A stretch of 64,000 nt of DNA from Octopus vulgaris (Eukaryota), in contig OX597814.1 in assembly GCA_951406725.2 (NCBI GenBank), positions 60,822,001 through 60,886,000 of the forward strand, in the 5' to 3' direction. Positions within the stretch are counted from its first letter, which is position 1; each line of letters begins with the position of its first letter. Under the pieces are notes generated by a model that saw nothing but the letters and a program-made list of their open reading frames with translations, did no database searches and was not told where the DNA came from. Made by a program: the position numbers and the translations under genes. Shown here one piece after another: positions 23,951 through 39,313 of this stretch.

Positions 23951-26632
23951 TTTTCAAAGAAAGTTATTAGTTAGTAATAAAATGAATAAATATAGACACA
24001 TCTACCATCAAAAGACAAGCATATTTGGTGGCTTAATTTATCTTTGCTTATCAAAAGTACCAGAAAAAGCACACACAACATCCACCTGGTAAGGGGAACC
24101 CAACTTTCGTGTTTCCATATCTTTGTTTTAGAGTATGATACTAATTAAAGACTACTAACTGATTCATAAATTATGCAACCAAGTTTATATCAATACCAAT
24201 GGGGGACCAACTAATTTATATCACAGAATACTAACTTAATCATCCACCAAAATTTGATAGAAGTTGGGGTAGAGTTTAACTTGATAAATGTTTGGCTTAT
24301 TAAGTTACTTCATAAGTTCATCATAATATACCCTGCTATCAGCTTTCAAAATTGTTTTAAGTATTATGGGCTCCCAGGTTATTCAAAGGCCCCAGGATGC
24401 TGCCCCACCGTGTAATCAGTATAATTCTCAGTATAATGCAATAATGATAATTAATACGTTTATATATTAAAATATATATTTTATTGGCTAAACTGGCAAA
24501 ATGACCATTCCTAAATACAACAACAAGATAATTTAATAATTATCAATAATGATCAATATAATTCTTAGCATATAAAGCAATAGTGATAATTCTCCTCACC
24601 CTATTGTAGATTATCATTATTTTTAACACAGGCACAAGGCATAAAATTTAGGGAGCATGTATAGTTGACTTGACCAACCACACTCCCTGGCACTTATTTT
24701 GGTGAACCCAAGAAGGTCCAAAGGTAAAAGTAACTCTGGAGGGATTTTTTAACTTGGGACATAATTAAATACTATAAAGCATTTCAGACAATCCAATGAT
24801 AATTGATAACATGAGCAAGAAGTTATAAACTTTGAGAAAGGAGAATAAACAATTAACTCAACCTCAGACCTTCACTGATATAGAATAATAATGAATTTTA
24901 ACATTAGCACAATACTACAAAATTTGAGGAAAGGAGCATAGTCAACTTAACACCAAAAAAACAAAAAATGACACATACCTCAGCAGGATTAGGATTTAGA
25001 ATATATAGAAAATACTGAATATCACAATTCACTTATTCAGAACTCTATCATTTCTGTCATTGGAAGAATCATTAGAGCTTCTGACAAAATACAGAAGTGA
25101 TATTTCTTTGAAAACCTGCTGAAGCCAACTTCACGGTTTATCTGTTCTAGAGTTACACATTCTGAGGTCCAGTCATGTCATGGCATTAATGCAATCAACT
25201 GTTTCCCCTTACCCAAATTTCTGGCCATGTGCATATACTACAAATTATTATTACTTTTACCATGATTATTATTATTATTATTATTATTAAAGTGGTGAGT
25301 GGCAGAATCATTAGCACACCAGGCAGAATGCTTGGCAGCATTTCGTCTGTCTTTATGTTTTGAGTTCAAATTCCACTGAGGTTGACTTTGTCTTTCATCA
25401 TTTTGGGGTTGATAAAATTATCAATTATGATAAAAAGTACCAGATGAGTACTGGGGTCAATGTAATGGACTTACTCTCCCCAACCCAACCCAAAATTTCA
25501 TGTCTTGTGCCTATAGCAGAAAGGATGATTATTATTATCATTACTATCATTATTATTATTATTATTATTATTATTAAGGTGGTGAGCTAGCAGAATTGTT
25601 AGCATGCTGGTCAAGATGCTTAATGGTATTTCATCCATCTTTATGTTCTGAGTTCAAATTCTGCTAAAATCAACTTCACCTTTCATCCTTTAGAAGTTGA
25701 TACAATAAGTACCAGTTGAATCCTGAGGTCAATGTAATTGACTTACCTCCACCCCAAAAATTGCTGGCCTTGTGCCAAAATCTGAAATCATTATTATCAT
25801 TTTAAGGCATGACTGTGTGCTTAAGAAGTTTGTTTCTTAACCACATAGTTTCAGGTTCAGTCCTAGAGCATGGCACCTTGGGATAGTGTCTTCTACTACA
25901 GCCCTGAGCCAATCAAAGTCTGATGAGTAGATCTGGTAGGGGTGGGCTGAAGGAAAGCCATTGTTTATATGCATGTGTGTGTGTGTGTATTTCTTTGTCT
26001 TGACATCATGCAACAGTTGTGTTACTGTCATTCAAGTGGTGTCATTCATTTGCAATCAACTGTACAATCATGTCTGACCATGAGATGAGGGTTGGTGACA
26101 GAAAGGGCATCTGGGTGTATGAAATCTGCCATCATGAATTCTGACACAAGCAAGCATGGAAAAGCAGACATAAAAATGATGGTGGTGGTGGTGGTGGTGG
26201 TGGTGGTGATGATTTTGCTATCATCATTGTTATCTTCGCAGCCGTCATCCATTATCATTGCTGAATCAGATGCCATATTTATTTTCTGATTATGAAAGCT
26301 AAGACACAAGGCCATTCCATGGCTGATCAGCCTTCAGTAGTATTCATGTAAGTCAATTACACACATGCACACCTGCATGTACACACACACATATAAATGC
26401 ATACAAGTCAGGGATTTTCTTATAAAAATATGTGCATTTTAATGATGTCTTTTTAATCACTTGTCTACAAATTGCATTTGACAACATGAAATGTTTGGCT
26501 AAATTTTTTGTTCGGTGTTGTATGGTTTAATCCAGACAATGACCAGAAGAATCCATCATTTTCAATTGAAGACATGCAGCTCTTTCTGTTTTTCTTTTTT
26601 TTTTTTGTCTTTTTTTATGCATATAGGTAGAC

Positions 26633-27127
26633 ATCATCATCCTTTAATATCCATTTTCCATGCTGGCATGGGTTGGACAGTTTGACCAGAGTTAGCAAGC
26701 AGGAGAGCTACACCAGGCTCTTGTCTGATTTGGTTTGGTTTCTACAGCCGGATGCTGTTCCTAATGTCAATTACTTTACAGTGTGTGCTGGGTGCTAACA
26801 CTTTTACACAGCACCAGCAACAGACAGACAGACATCATTGTCATCATCATCGTCACTTAACATCCATGCTCCATGCTGAGATGGGTTGGATGGTTCGACT
26901 GTGGCTGGCCAGCTGAAGAGCTGCATCACGTTCTATTCTGACTTTGCTTGGTTTCTACAGCTGGATGCCCTTCCTCATGCCAACCAATTTACAGTATGTG
27001 CTAGGTGCTTTTAACGTGCCACCAGCATGAGCGCTTGTACATGGCACTAGCACAAGTTGTTTTTTATGTGGCACCAGCATATGAGAAAGATAGACAGACA
27101 GACAGACAGAGAGAGGGGAGAGAGATC

Positions 27128-27222
<95 letters not shown>

Positions 27223-27470
27223 CAATAGATAGACAGACAGACAGACAGATAGATAGACATCATCATCACTTAACATCCATGCTCCATGCTGGAATGGGTT
27301 GGACAGATTCACAAGAATCCAATGAGTCAAAGGTCTGCACTGTGCTCCAGAGTCTGCTTTGGCATGATTACAACAGCAGGATGCCCTTTCTTATACTAAC
27401 CACTTTACAGTGTGCGCTGGTGCTTTCTTCATGCTACTGAGGTCACCATGCAGCTCACAAGACTACAAGC
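26633..27470 (-). mobile_element. Three tandem RTE-tail copies separated by (GACA)n/(GATA)n
   Basis: catcatcat..ttaa.atcc..ccatgctg..atgggttgga at about 26633, 26843 and 27258; (GATA)n 27128-27220. Confidence 0.8.
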
Positions 27471-29419
27471 CAAGGAGAGAGGATGTTGCCTCCATGTGTT
27501 AGATGAAGGTTATGGTATGAGGGAAGAGGCTAGAGTAGAGAAGGTTCTTGTAGAAGAACTACACGGCTATTCATTTTTAGGAGAGAGACAGACAGAATGA
27601 ATGAATTAGAGATGTCTTCAAGAAGATAGACAGTGGTATGGAGGTGTCCAGGTGACACTTCACGAAGCATCAATGGTAGTAGATGGTGAGAGTGGGGGTT
27701 TTATATATACAGCTGTGTGCGACAGTGTATTTATGGTGTGTTTTGTCCCCACACCCACCACCACCACTAGACAACTGGCATTGATTTGTTTACATACCAA
27801 TAACATAGAAGTTCAACAAAAGAGACAGATAGAATAAGTACCAGGCTTAAAAATAAGTCCTGCAGTTGATTTGTTAAACTAAACCCTTTGAGGCAGTACT
27901 CCAGCATGGCCACAGTCCAATGACTGACACAAGTGAAAAATACAATACAAAAGATGACCTAACAGTTTCAGGCTACAAACTTACTGTTTTAAAGTGGTTT
28001 GTATTAACACCTTCTATCAAAATGTCATGTTAATTTATGTTCCAAACACCACCTTAGCAATGAAAAAGTTATTTTACTAAATTCTTCATAATTTTCACAT
28101 TTAATACTAACAAGAGTAGTGTATTTCAATAAAAATAAGACAAGAAGGGGGTTAATAAGGAAACAAGTCAGAAGCCACTGATTTTCAATGAGAGATGTTC
28201 ATCAGGAAAACAAGACATTGTTATTAAACAAATCTGACAAAAGGCCAACACAAGGACAGATAGCAAATTATTGTTATTACTGGTGCACACTTCTTTTGGT
28301 ACATATCAAGTTTAACTAAAATGGAAATGATCACAGACAACTTTAATATTTAACTCATTCTTGTATTAGACTGCAAATAAAATTACCTTCTGAAACTAAC
28401 AGAGTCGTCATGGCAAAATCCCCATTAGTTTCAGTTACAAAGTCAAATTTGCTTATCAGGTGCTATCTTTAATTATTTCCTTCAAAAAAAAAAAAAAGAA
28501 AGAAAGAAAAAGAAAAGGAAAGAAACATGAGGCATGTGATGCTTGTTTTAGATTTTTATATAGTAAGGAGGAAATGAAAAGTTAATGCATTCATGATTTT
28601 ATCAAACATATTAGTGATTTAAGTATGGTAATGGAAATATACATATTTCCATCAGTACTGTCTATTACTACCCTTACTTGAGTGGCTTTTAACTGGTCAC
28701 AATCTGTTATGAGCAGCCACTTTGCTTTCAGTGAACTCTGTACATAACATATGCTCTTGTCATGCTGTTGAAATAGGCTTTTTAAAAACTGGAATATGAG
28801 ACATGTATATAGCACATAAGTATAGCCATGCTAGTTTCATCATAATGTTCATGTCATACTATGCTTAACAACTTTCAAATGAATCCAATCTAACATAACC
28901 ATCATTTGGTGGCCTCAGCTTGACTTAACCTAAAATTGAAACTCAGTTGAAATATTGATTGCAGAAATGCTATGGTGGAATGGTTAAGAACTTCACTTCA
29001 CTTTATCATGAAGTAACAGTTTAATTCCACTGTGTGACATCTTGGGAAATATTGTTTTCTGTGTCCTTAGATCAGACCCATAGTTTGTGAGTAGAACTGA
29101 AATAGATGGAAATAGTGTAGAATCCTGTTAAATGGATTGCATCTGTAATTCAGTAGTCCACCTTTGTCACATTGTGTTACACTGTTTTCACCATTAAAGT
29201 TCAAGGAAGCAAGTGAGAGTCTATGTCAGGAAAAATTGAAGAGAAGAGAATCTTGGTATTTGAGACTTGGTGTTTGTGTTAGTGGCATAAATAAAGTCAT
29301 TTCCAACTTGCAATCAAATAATAAGTTTGGTGAACTGAGCTTTGTATGCTTACTCAGTTCATCAAGATGCACAATGGCCAACAAGCCATCTGTTGTTAGA
29401 ACTTCCATCTTGTCTGCAT

Positions 29420-29810
29420 TGTATTAAATGTGAAAAAAATGTCTTCATCAGATCCTTGGTGTCTCTGTACATGACCAAATCTCAAACAACATCTGAGAAC
29501 AATGCCAGGAGCAGCTGACTGCTGAAGGCCAAGTCCTACAGTGCAGGCTACAGTGGTTTGGCCATGCCTGATAGATGAGCACTGGAAGGCTACCACACCA
29601 ACTTTTGTGGTGGCAGTCACCCATACACTGGAGAATCCAGTGCAGCACACCAGAGAAGACATGGGCAAAACAAATTAAGGAAGACCTGAAGTCACAGTGC
29701 CTCAACCTCAAGCATGCTAAGGCTAATGCCATGGACTAGAAAGCATGGAATAACATCATCACTAAAGACTGTCATCCAGCAGCACCCAGCATATTGGTTT
29801 GAGAGGACAG
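29420..29810 (+). mobile_element. RTE-like LINE 3' fragment
   Basis: Frameshifted WFGH..RLPHQLLWWQ..KTWAKQIKEDLK..KAW motifs. Confidence 0.65.
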
Positions 29811-30671
29811 CCTTCCCCTTTAGTCGCCAGTTAGGGATTTTTACTTACTTAGTTCGTCAAAATGTTAGTTACAACATTGCATTGTAAGAAATGAATCGGC
29901 AACATAAAAGAATGAAATGAAAAACAAAAATAAACAAATGCTTCATTTTACTTCATGTCAGGAAATGAATATTAACCCTTTAGCTTTCAAATTACACAGT
30001 CAAACCTAATACTTATCCAATCATATTGCTTTGAATTAATCAGGTATTATCTTATAGCTTTGGGATTTCGATGTTACTGTTTACTTTTAGAATAACATTG
30101 TAGTTAAATAACAGGATAGGGGTGAGAGGTTTGATCTGGTTGGTTTCAACATAAAACAAGTAGAATATTTGGGCCGGATATTGCCAGTTTGAATGTCAAA
30201 GGGTTAAACATGAGTCATTAAGAGCTGATCAATGCCTGAGAGATATTTAGATTTACAAGAGCAAAATCTACAATATAATAGTGTACTGCCCAGGAAGAGA
30301 AGTACAGCAGATAAGCTTGAACACATTGCATTACTTGTTTTTAACAGCAGTGGATAAAGAGGGAAATAGTTGTTTTTAAATCAACTAAAGACTAAAAGAC
30401 TAAAGCTGAGGGAAGGTTAAAGTTGTATGCTTGATATGTATAAGTGTTGAAATCTGAAATTAAAAGTCATGAAAATTCTACTAGAATCAGCAAAAAAGTG
30501 AAAACATATAAAGTAAATGTTGTAGAGATAAGATAATAACAGCAGATTCTTTCAGTGAAGTGTGATTTCAGTGGAATGAAGCTCATTGGTTAGATAGAGT
30601 AAATGACAATGCTATAGATTAAATTGCCTCTCTGTTTCACCTTGAAGTAAGCTAGAACTATAACTTTCACT

Positions 30672-30865
30672 TTAACCCTTTCATTACCAACCTGGCTGAA
30701 ACTGGCTCTGGCTCTGAGTATAGATGTCTTGTTTACAGTCACAATTTATGTTCCTAACACTGGCTAAATGATAACTAAGTTATTTTACTAAATTCTTTGT
30801 TATATTTAAAACAATTGAAAGAAACACAGAGCATCTTAAAATAAATACACTAACGAAAGGGTTAA
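30672..30865. mobile_element. piggyBac-type MITE (family 2)
   Basis: TTAA-CCCTTTC...GAAAGGG-TTAA; longer copy 52498-52726, decayed copy about 28005-28155. Confidence 0.8.
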
Positions 30866-33800
30866 GTCAAGAAGGTTGAGAAAATCAGCTTTAGTAGGCA
30901 GCTCACATCCTATTGTTGTTGGTTTATTTTGTATGCAATCAAGACACTAATCAGTTAACATTCATATCCACTTAGTTGTAAGTGGGCACTGCAGTGACAG
31001 TCCCAAGGCTTACTATACCAAATTCAATTTATCCTATGGGAAAAAATCTACATTTGGTTGACTAGCATCCTATTCAGGAAGATTCATCAATCACCCAATG
31101 TTATTCACAAACTGGAGATAAGCACTATACTAGTTTGATAGACCCTTCTGATTCAGACAAAAAGTAACCCATTAATATTTCAAAATCCCCATATCAGACC
31201 TAAATATTCTACTAGCTTTATGTTCAAACTGACAAGATCTGGTCTCTCACACCTACCCTACAATGTCATTCTAAAAGAAACAATCACATCATCAAAATCT
31301 CAAAGGTATGAGATGATTCATGACTAATTCAAAATAATGTGAATAAATAAGCATTGCATTTGAAAGAGTAATCTGAATGTGAACTTCTAATGGATGTGAA
31401 TGAAATGACTGAGTACCAGATATAATGACAATGCTGTGGCAGAGTATACTGAATTAAAATAAGGAACTATAAAGGAGCGACTCATTGAGATATCACTGAA
31501 AATTTACTGGTATTGCAGGTCTGCCTTACAAATCCCTTCTTTCTCAGAGTTAAAATTGTAGACAGGAAGGCTATGCTCTTAGAAAAGATGAACATATGCC
31601 TAATAACATTGGTGAAATAAAGAAAATGAAATGATTTGTATTTCAGCCTCAGTGCATCAAGAACTAACCACTGCAATATGGGATTTAAATAGTTTCTTGA
31701 GATAGAGATCAATGACTTTCAATCTAAAGAGCAACAGTCTTTAAAAGAGGTCAACCAGTTTTTATGCCCTTGGTATCTGAGGAAGGAGAGGGCCTTTCAT
31801 AACTGATAGCAATTCTTTCAGATCAGGAGATTGGAAGGAAAGAGATTTGTGTAGTTAGTGCAGAGATCAAAACATGCAATGTAATTAAAGGAGAGAGTTG
31901 AATTCTACAGGAAGTGATATTTGTTGTGAGGTACAGAGAAAGAGAAATAGTTTAAGCTTATAGTAACATTAGAATAAAAAGAGAGAGCGTGTAAGTAGAA
32001 ATAGGAAGAATAAAGCTAAATTAGATACTCAATTCAATCTGAGTTACAACAGAAAAAAGAACTAAAGCAGTTTAGTATATCGAAAAATATGCAAATTTTC
32101 TCCCTGATTATTAGCAACTAGCTCTAAAGAATAACGATAGATCATTATCATTATCATTATCATTTAAAGTCTGTTTTCCATGCTGGCATTGGTTGACAGG
32201 AACTGGCAAGGCCAGGGGCCACACCAAGTTCCATAGTCTAATTTGGCCTGGTTTCTATGGCTGGATGCCCTACCTAACACCAACCACTCCACAGAATGAA
32301 CTGGATGCTTTTTATGTGACATCATTACCAGTGCTTTTTAAGTGGCACCATCATCAATAATTTTTATTTGACACCAGCACCCACACCATTGATTTTTATG
32401 TGGCACTTTGGTTTTAGAATTTCAATTCTGTTGTGGATCATTATTGGTACAATAAAATACACTCGGTCTGAATTGTAAAGTGGTTAGTGATATGAAGAGA
32501 ATCCTGTTATAAAACATAGCAAAGAAAGGGTGAAACAAATAGTGATGCCATATCTGCAAGCTACAGCATAGACAACCTGTCTGAAGGAGCAGAAACTCTG
32601 AATAAATACTAATGTAAAGATACTTTAGTTTTGTTGCAGATGAAATCTTTAATGCTAGCGGCATGCTCATCCATCCAGTAAAGGAGGTGGAGATAAGAAG
32701 GGTAGCCAGCTGTAAAATCCATGTGAAAAAAACACAACAAAGATGCTTCTGTGTATGTGTGTGTGTGAGTACCAGATGATGATAGACCATGAGAAGTAAA
32801 ATACTGAGACCCATACAGCCCATGCAAGAATGGAGAAACAGATATGATGGTGGTGGGAATGACTGACTTTTGACAGAAAAATGCTGAGAAACAACACTCT
32901 GCAGGAAGTATCAAAATAAAAAAATAAAGTCAAAATGTAATATAAACGATGTTGATAAATGATAGAAATGAGTGCTGGATGAAGAGGTTGCAGGTGTTGA
33001 TAGTGGAAGACAGACGCAGCTGAGATAGATGTGGGAAGATATGAGACAAGTGTGGTGCAGTCAGACATCTTACTGGGTTCACTGCTTCAGATGACAAAAT
33101 ATTAAAATGTTATACAGTAAAACTTATCCAACCTTTGCCAGCATCGAAAAACAGATATTAAAATGTTATTGTTGTAGATGACAATTATTATTATAACGAT
33201 GGTGATGGTGGTGGTTCTCTAAACATCATGAAACTGATGCCAAGAGTGCTGTTTAAAACAAAAAAAATAGCAAATGTTCTAAAAACTGCAAATGCAATGG
33301 ACTACTTGCATCCTCATCATTTTTCTGTTCCTTCTGCCCGAGTTGGATAGAACTTTTTGAGCTAGTGTTTTACAGCTGGATGCCCATTCTGTCACCACCC
33401 CTTTTGGTTACCTCATACATCGCTTACAACATGATGTAGCTATTCTAAAATTCTTGTAGACACATTTTGCCTCTAACCAAAGTACTTGATTATATTTTCT
33501 TCTCATTTTTCATCCATACCATCTTCTCTAACATATGGTAATCTCCTAGCAGACAGTTAATATAAGAGAGATAATGATTTCTTCATAATATTTGGTGGGA
33601 TTAAAACTGTGAATATGAAATTAAAGAAAGTAAAAGATGCGTAGGATGCACATATTTATTTTATTTTTTATTTTTTTATTATTTACGTATTGTTAACTTC
33701 TTAAAATTTCTAGCCAGTGATAATCATATGTAACACTATTTCATACTTATTAGATGCATGACACAACCCAAGGTAAATTAATTAACACATTAGCATTCAA

Positions 33801-34208
33801 ACTGAGCTTGGCCGTGGTCACTGTCACATCGAAATTTTTCCTCTGCTGTAAGGCTTAATTCTCGACATGCCAGCTGAATTCAATTCGTCTCCAGCCGAAA
33901 GACGCCTGTTGTTATGTCCTGTTATTATTATTATTATTGTTTTTTTGTATTATTTTTGTATTTATATTCGTGTAACATCGTCCGTTTTTCCGTCCTTGTT
34001 TCGTATACATTCAAAGCTTTTTTCTAAGGAATCTAATGCTCTTAGCTTAGTTTTTCCTTGGGGCTGGCCATATTGGAGCAATCTCAAGATTAATCAGCCA
34101 AAATTGAGAAGATGATCCAGTTCTTGACTGAAGATTAAAGACTTTGAATGACCCATCCGTGTTTTTTGTATCGTCTATCTGGATGTTTTGCGTTCTTGTC
34201 CCATTTTG

Positions 34209-34239
<31 letters not shown>

Positions 34240-34332
34240 TGGAAGGTTTGGAGATGATGTACAGGTATTATATATTTCATATATATATATACATAAACAC
34301 ATAAATATATAGATATATAAATACATATATAA

Positions 34333-34363
<31 letters not shown>

Positions 34364-34497
34364 CATTCATACATAAATACATATATATACATGTATAAAT
34401 ACATATATACATATATAGATACATATATACATATATAGATACATACATAAATACATATATATGTACATATATGGCTCAAATGGTAGTAACACTGGCT

Positions 34498-34550
<53 letters not shown>

Positions 34551-35122
34551 ATATACACACACACACATAAACAAACTCACAAACATCCACATACATGTAT
34601 ATATTCTGATAGTTATTAACTGACTTGTAAACTAGAATATATTTACAATGTGACAGAAAAAGTGAGCCAAGGTCAGGATAGAAACAGTGATCTTGCAGAA
34701 TAAATGTTGGTATCTAACAAACAATTCCATCAGAAAATAAAGACAACAGCCACAGAAGAGGAAAAGAGAGAAAAGGAAAGAAAACAAGAGAAATACAAAA
34801 AGAAACAGATACACTGAATGAAAAGAATGGTAAATGGACACAAATTGGAACACATAAAAGATGACACTCAACACACTCAGTAGTTGATATCTGTTTAGGT
34901 AAAAGACAAGCAGAAAATAAATGGATTTGTCATGCTAAAATACCACTGAAGTGATATGGCCATTGAGAGAAGGAGGATCCAACAGGTGCATTGTGCATCA
35001 TGCTCACTATTTCAACAATGGATAGAACACTTAAGGTTTGTTACTGCATACACACATGCTGTAAATCAACATGTACAAGACCAAGTCTGCTCCTCTTTCT
35101 GCCCTTTCCTCCCTCTCTTCCC

Positions 35123-35174
<52 letters not shown>

Positions 35175-36410
35175 TTAGTTCCTGCTATTTTACTTACTCA
35201 ACCACGGCAGACGTATATTATTTTACTGACTATCCATTTACAGAACAATATATTATTTACAAGCAATCAATACCTTCAGTGAAACATAAAAACCAACGTT
35301 TTGCAAACACACACACAATCATACATACACATACACACACATATTCATATGTGTGCATCAGATATTTTGCTGAACAATTCTTATCACCACCACCACCACT
35401 AACACGACCATCACCACTTACAATGTTATAAAGTTTTCTTTTCATTTTTACTTAAATTAACAACCAAACAACTGCAGCCTTTAGAAGGAGAGACAGAGAC
35501 AGACAGAGAGAGAGAGAGAGAGAAAGAAAAAGAGAAAGGGGGAGAGGGGGAGCAAACATAATAATATCAATAGGCTTTCTTTTTCTAAGACATAAAATGA
35601 ATCCAGAACAAAACAAAATCCTTAGAATTTAGCATTCCGAAATATATTGATTGCAAGCGCTAAAAACAGAAAGCACATTGCCCTATCTCTGATAAATAAC
35701 CTATCTTACTATGTTAATGATGTTAATTTTGAGAAAAGCTAATTTGACCTGGAGAAGAATTGAACACAATGCTCTAAGCTATGCAACACCACGGAATTCA
35801 CAGATTTGTATCTTTGTAGATAAATTATTATCCTCCATATACATTTATTTTTAAACATCTTTATTATAAAATTAGTGAACAATTATAAAAGCTGTAATTC
35901 CCTTTAAGCAAATCTAAATTCAATACAAAAATAGAAAGAAAAAACATTTAAATAAAGCATCTTAGCACGGGAAAAATGACCTTAAAATGCTTCTTGTTAC
36001 TAGAAGGAAGCATCTGCATAATACAGCAGATGATTCTCAGCTTAATATCTCATCACTGTGCCATCTCCAAAATAGTAACTGAACTGCACACAACAAGAAT
36101 TTAAAAAAAAAAAAAGACTTGTTTCTCAACCACTTGGTTTCGGCTTACGTCCCACTGTGTGGCAACTTAGGCAAGTGTTTTCTACTATAGCCTTGTGAAT
36201 GTATCTGGTAAACTGAGAGAAGCGTGTTGTGTGTGTGTGTGTGTGTGTGTGTGTGGACCGAAACAGTTTGATTCAAATTCCGTGGTACTTAAAGTTTCAA
36301 GTGTCTGTTTGATACATGTAACTCCCAATAAACATGTTGAGTGCCCTTCTTTCATTTGTCCACTCAGAGTTAATAAATGTTTATTATCAACAACAAATCA
36401 AACATTATAA

Positions 36411-36494
36411 TCTCTTACAGCTGTTTCGATTAATACTCAGTGAATTAATTAAATATTAAATTCATATGCTCCGAACATAATATCTTCAAGGGGA
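36411..36494 (-). ncRNA. Degenerate type I hammerhead
   Basis: Minus strand tcccc-TTGAAGA-long AT-rich stem II-GAAA-CAGCTG-TA-agaga; core and stem I mutated. Confidence 0.5.
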
Positions 36495-36504
36495 AAAAGA
36501 TATA

Positions 36505-36589
36505 CCCTTAGATGTTTTATGTGTTTATGGATTCATTATAGCAGACTGCTATAATGAATCCATAAACACACATAAAAAAAATCTAAGGG
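36505..36589. repeat. Palindrome (about 40-bp arms) beside degenerate HHR
   Basis: gtgtttatggattcattatagcag-a-ctgctataatgaatccataaacac; centre 36545. Confidence 0.9.
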
Positions 36590-39313
36590 CATACTAGCTT
36601 CGTTACAATCATTTAAATAATCTGTTGTTTCTTTGGGTTTATCATTATAGTGGTTAGAGCAGGGGAGGGGATACTTTTTAGTGCGGTGGGCAAAAGTTTC
36701 CTAAGAAAAAGGTCCGCGGACAGATCACAGGTTCTAACTCCATATCTGTGTATAATTTGATATACATTAATAAAGATAAGTTTAACACATAGTACCTTCA
36801 TTAACGCCACCACTGAATTTAGGACGTTTATATTACTTATGATGTATTCTATTTTTTTTTCAGCTGAAGTGTAGTTGGTCTCAAGGGGGTGGTATAAACC
36901 TAGTAATATGTGTTTTATAGTAAAAACAAAATTCCCATTCAAATGCCAATTACTGGACAATTTCTGACCATTTTAAGTCATTGTTGAAATGCAACCTGTG
37001 TCACAAATAGGTATATGAATATTGTATAAATTTTGATTGGAAAATTTACTATATTTTGTACATATGCATATATCAGCCTGCAGGCACAATAAAAAGATAT
37101 TGTGGGCGCAATTGCAGCCACAGACAGGGATGTCCCCACCCCTGGGTTAGAGTGTTGCACTCACAATCTAGCGACCATGATTTCAATTTCTAGACCTGGT
37201 GGTGCATTGTGTTCTTGGGCAAAACACTTCATCTCATGCTTCTCTACGATCACTTTGACACTTAGGGCGTGGCACACAGTGCACCTGTTCACACAACATT
37301 GATTTGCTGCAGAGAATGAGTTATTGTGCAGCACAAACATTTGATCACTATAAACAAATCATTTGTACAGGACACTTGGCAAAAGTTGGATGCTCATACA
37401 TTGTCTTCGCCGGTACAGTCCATTATCAAGGTGGCAAGCTGGCAGAATTATTAGCACACCTGGAGAAATGCTTAGCAGTATTTCATGTCTTCATGTTCTA
37501 AGTTCAATTCCGCCAAGATCAACCTTGCCTTTCATCCTTTTGGGGTCAATAAAGTATCAGTGAAATGCTGGGATTGATGTAATTGATTAGTTCCCTCTCA
37601 CCAAATTTCAGGCCTCATGCCTTTAGTAGAAAGGATTACTATTATTACAATTATTGAGTGAGAGAGCAGGACACACCATCAAAGAGACACTGGGTACAAA
37701 TACACCCATCATGACTACTCATCTGACAAGGGTACACCAGGTACGTGCATCACAATCATATGTGTGTGACATGGTAACCTTGTATCAAGATAAACAGATG
37801 GGACCCAGTTAGTATTTTCTTCAAGTTGAATAGTAGATCCCACACAAAAGGTCCCTGAATAAGGGTTGTTTAAGGACAATGAATGAAACATCCATGTTTT
37901 CAGAGGTAAATTATTCAAACTCCAAAGGTTTCCTCTCAATACATGCCTAAGATGCTTCCCCACTACTCCTGCTCATGATCAAAGATGCACATATCGACAG
38001 CAACTAAGGGACATGCTCGACTGCTTAAGGTCAAACAACTGACAAACAAATTTGTGGTACTGAGCAGAATATTTGCTGTAGCCCATCTTTTATACCAAAA
38101 CAAAACATGTACATGATAATATTTCCAATCAGTTAAGACCAGAAGCCATGAAAGCCACTGCCTGTTATTGCATCATACAAAAGATGAGAAGAGAACATTT
38201 GTAAACACCATTTGGTGAAAGGTGAGGCTGAGCCATAAAAGGATCAGAACCAGTGGTATAGATCACAAGTATACTTAATCAGGGCTTACACAGAAATTAG
38301 CAATGACAACAGCCCACTTTCATTTCAAAAGGCTGGAGTCAGACTGAAACTATTATAGAAGATACTCACCCAAAAATTTCAGTGGGACTGAAACTTGGAC
38401 CTCATGCACTTTTTAGCCATTTCGTCATGCTCATTCCCACAATGGGTTCTGATTTAGGTACAAGGCCATTCATTTTGTGGAGAGGGATTTAGTCAATACC
38501 ACTGACCCTGACACTGGACTGGAACTACATTTTATCAACCCCAAAAGTAGGAAAAGCAAAGATGATCTTGGCTGAATTTGATCCTAGAATATAAAGAGCC
38601 AAATGAAATGCTACAAGGTATTTTTTCTGATGTGCTAACAAGTCTGCCAGCCTGCCTTTCCACCCACATGCTTGTACTCATAATGAACATTATATAGAAT
38701 AAATAATATGATAAAAACTTTGAAGATAATAAATGTTGTTTTGTTGTTATACAACATAGTAAACGATTAAACTATATATGCACTGTGAAATAAACACATG
38801 TTCTTAATGATTCTCACAAAATTGTTCTGAAGAATATACACATAAAATTAAATTCAAATGATTCATTTAGAATAGTGTGGAATTACAAGATTTAAAGTAG
38901 AAGAAGCATTTCACCTATGCTAACATCAATGAAAATAAAATGTAAAATATTGATTTCTTACAAATGCACAAATCACAAAAATCAATATGACCAGTGTTTA
39001 TCTCCAGTTTCCATGGGGTTAAACAAATGAGGTAAAATTCTCCCCCACTGTATAAGATTGATGCTGGCCTAACCATAGGGAGTTTTCCATCCACAGAAAT
39101 CACAGCCTACACCGCATGCAGCTAACATGTCACTTTTCAGTTCTACAATACTGTCACTGCCTTATAGCAATGAACTATATCATCCCAAGGTATCTACTTA
39201 AATGTAGGTACACTTAGCCATCCATAACTAAGTTTTTGTGCTATGGACATAGCAAGATACCAGTCACAAGATAGAAAATGCTGGTTTCTCCAGGCTAACT
39301 AGGTGTACAGTAG

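Noticed and set aside
33930-34220. Repeat ending in (TA)n with CTGAAGA..GAAT, a possible HHR
   Set aside because: GAAA is absent and stems I and III cannot be built; may be a Penelope-type end but unsupported here.
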